Part shown: positions 60,987 to 64,000 of the stretch, in pieces | Layout: each line of letters opens with the position of its first letter | Numbering within the stretch: the stretch's first letter is position 1 | Assembly: GCA_963776545.1 (NCBI GenBank) | Contig: CAVZND010000014.1 | Span: forward strand, 13,740-77,739 | Origin: an uncultured Chloroflexia bacterium | GTDB taxonomy: Bacteria; Chloroflexota; Limnocylindria; Limnocylindrales; CSP1-4 | DNA: 64,000 nucleotides | Reading direction: 5' to 3' | Notes under the pieces: generated by a model | Told to the model about the DNA's origin: nothing | The model's database searches: none | The model's input: the letters and a program-made list of their open reading frames with translations, nothing else | Made by a program: the position numbers and the translations under genes

Positions 60987-61923
60987 CGGCACCGATCCCG
61001 GTCGCCCGGACCGGCGCGACCCCCGCCACCGGTCCGGGCGGGAGCATCTACGACCTGGGCTACCAGGGCTACCACGGCCCGCGGCTCGGGCGTCGGAGCG
61101 CATCGGCGGCCCTGCTCCGCAACACCATCCGCTCGGCCTACGGCATCGGGCGCGGCGGCCGAGCCAAGCTTGCACCCTTCGCCCTGACCGGGCTCGCGAT
61201 CCTGCCCGCGATCCTGGCGGTCGGGGTGGCCGCGCTCATCGCCCGATCTGGCGCGACCGGCCAGCTCGAGGGCGCATCGCCGGTCCGCTACGAGACCTAC
61301 CACGGCCTCACGGTGACGCTCGTGATGCTCTTCTGCGCCGCGCAGGCCCCGGAGCTGTTCGGTCGCGACCAGCGCTACGGTGTCCTGCCGCTCTACTTCT
61401 CGCGGGCGATCACCCGGACCGACTACGCCCTCGCGAAGGTCGCCGGGCTCATCGTCGCGCTCCTCATCATCGACCTCGTGCCGCAGGCCATCCTGTTCGT
61501 CGGGCGGGTGCTGGTCGCCACCGATCCCGCGACCGGCCTGAGCAAGGAGGCAGCGGCCGTCCCGCGCTTCCTGTTCCAGGGCTTGCTGACCGCGGGCCTC
61601 CTTGGCGGCGTCTCGGCGCTCATCGCCGCCTGGACCCCGCGACGCGCGTACGCCACCGCCGGCATCATCGCGGTCTCGATCATCCCGCCGGTGCTCGTCG
61701 CCCTGCTCACCGCCCTGACTGGCAGCGACACCGCGCGCGTGCTCGTGCTGTTCAGCCCGGGCGACGTCCTCGACGGCGCGAACGCGTGGATCTTCGGGTC
61801 CATCTCCGAGAACCCCGCGATCGTGGCGCTGGGGCTGCCGGGCCAGCTGTACGTGACGGCGGCGCTCGTCGTGTCGGCCGTGGCGATCGGGCTGACCGTC
61901 CGACGCTACCGACGGATCACGGC

Positions 61924-61927
<4 letters not shown>
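60983..61927 (+). CDS. ABC-2 type transporter permease
   Basis: Six predicted TM segments; ATGA-coupled. Confidence 0.75.
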
Positions 61928-62843
<916 letters not shown>

Positions 62844-62847
<4 letters not shown>

Positions 62848-63566
62848 CGCCGTTCAACACGCTCGTCTCGGTGACGCTCCGCGGCCTCCTCGGCCGGCGT
62901 CGCCTGCTGCTCATGCTGGTCCTGGCCAGCATCCCGGTCCTGCTCGGCGCCCTCGTCCAGCTGCGCGGCGGCCGCGCGGACGTGGAGCGCGTGCTGGCCA
63001 TCCTCGTCGTCCAGACGGTCATGCCGATCGTGGCCCTCATCCTCGGCACCGCGTCGCTCGGTCCCGAGATCGAGGACGGGACGATCGTGTACCTCCTGAC
63101 CAAGCCGATCCGACGCTGGCTGGTCGCGTTCGCCAAGATCGCCGTCGCCGTCGCGGTCACGGCCGCGCTCGTCGTGCCGGTCACGATCGTCACCGGCATG
63201 CTGGTCGGCGGGGTCCGCGCCGATCCGCTGGCCATGACGTTCGCCTTCGCCATCGCGTGCCTGGCCGGCGGTGGCGCCTATGCCGCGGTCTTCGTCGCCC
63301 TGAGCACGATGACCGGTCGCGCCCTCGTCATCGGACTCGTCTACGTGCTCATCTGGGAAGGCGCGCTCGGCGACTTGCTCGAAGGGACGCGCTTCCTCTC
63401 GATCCGCCAGGCGACGCTCGGGATCGTCGCCGGCCTGCGCGGCGAATCGGACGGGACGACGCTCCAGATCGGCGTCTCGGCCGTCGTCCTGACGATCGCG
63501 ATCCTCGGCTCGCTGCTGTTGACGAGCTGGCGTCTCGCGCGGTTCGAGGTCCGCGCCGGGGACTGA
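62844..63566 (+). CDS. ABC-2 type transporter permease (second)
   Basis: ATG at 62844. Hydrophobic, 240 aa. Confidence 0.75.
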
Positions 63567-63690
63567 GCGCTTGACCGCTCTGGCGTCGGTGGGTAGATTC
63601 GCCATCGACAAGCGACCTTGCATCTGCGAGTCATGTGGACTTGCTGCAGGTCGACCCCAGGCCGACTCGCCACCGGAGGATCGCCCGACC

Positions 63691-64000
63691 ATGACCGCCG
63701 CGTTCTTCCTGTTGCTCCGCGAGGGCCTGGAGGCCGCGCTCATCGTCGGCATCGTCGGCGCCTACTGCGTCAAGGTCGGGCGCCGGGATGCACTGCGTGC
63801 CGTGGCGATCGGGGTCGGGGCCGCGCTGGCGGTGTCAGTGGGGGCCGGCCTCGTGGTGGCGCTCACCGTGGGCAGCCTGCCGATCGCCGTGCAGGAGACC
63901 CTTGAAGCCGTGGCCGCCCTGATCGCCGTGGCCGTGCTGACCTGGATGCTGTTCTGGATGCGTCGCCAGGGGCGCGCCATGAAGGGCGAGCTCGAGCAGG
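63691..64000 (+). CDS. FTR1/EfeU-family iron permease (5' partial, runs off the window)
   Basis: Not in the ORF track. GGAGGA RBS. MTAAFFLLLREGLEAALIVGIV… carries the REGLE iron-binding motif. Confidence 0.6.
   Translation, partial: MTAAFFLLLREGLEAALIVGIVGAYCVKVGRRDALRAVAIGVGAALAVSVGAGLVVALTVGSLPIAVQETLEAVAALIAVAVLTWMLFWMRRQGRAMKGELEQ

Noticed and set aside
63618-63905. 95-aa ORF in the track
   Set aside because: Wrong frame. The +1 frame starting at 63691 encodes a recognisable FTR1-family N-terminus with an RBS.

Overview
High-GC (~70%) chromosomal window, probably from an actinobacterium-like genome, possibly a draft or MAG. The core is housekeeping and carbohydrate metabolism: a Ni-superoxide dismutase sodN/sodX pair, a YitJ-like homocysteine methyltransferase/MTHFR fusion, lysA, and an alpha-glucan (glycogen) cluster of a GH13 alpha-amylase-family gene, two GH57 genes, glgP and divergent glgA. 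Further along are a DEAD-box helicase, a GH3 beta-glucosidase with a LAL/LuxR regulator, an ECF sigma/anti-sigma pair, a Ser/Thr kinase next to a GAF-GGDEF cyclase, and two ABC-2 transporter pairs. Two things stand out. One is a ~1070-aa secreted protein (34852..38061) with a PQQ-type sugar-dehydrogenase beta-propeller, Ig-like units and a DNRLRE-like beta-sandwich, carrying two identical 792-bp direct repeats. The other is a lower-GC patch (~44.4-46.3 kb) of hypothetical genes beside a tRNA-Gly(UCC), one of them bracketed by ~31-bp imperfect direct repeats. Two genes carry apparent single-nucleotide frameshifts, and lysA has no canonical start for its N-terminus. No CRISPR arrays, transposases or recognisable defence genes were found. 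Many of the long ORFs in the supplied track are antisense or overlap artefacts of the GC-rich sequence and were not called.
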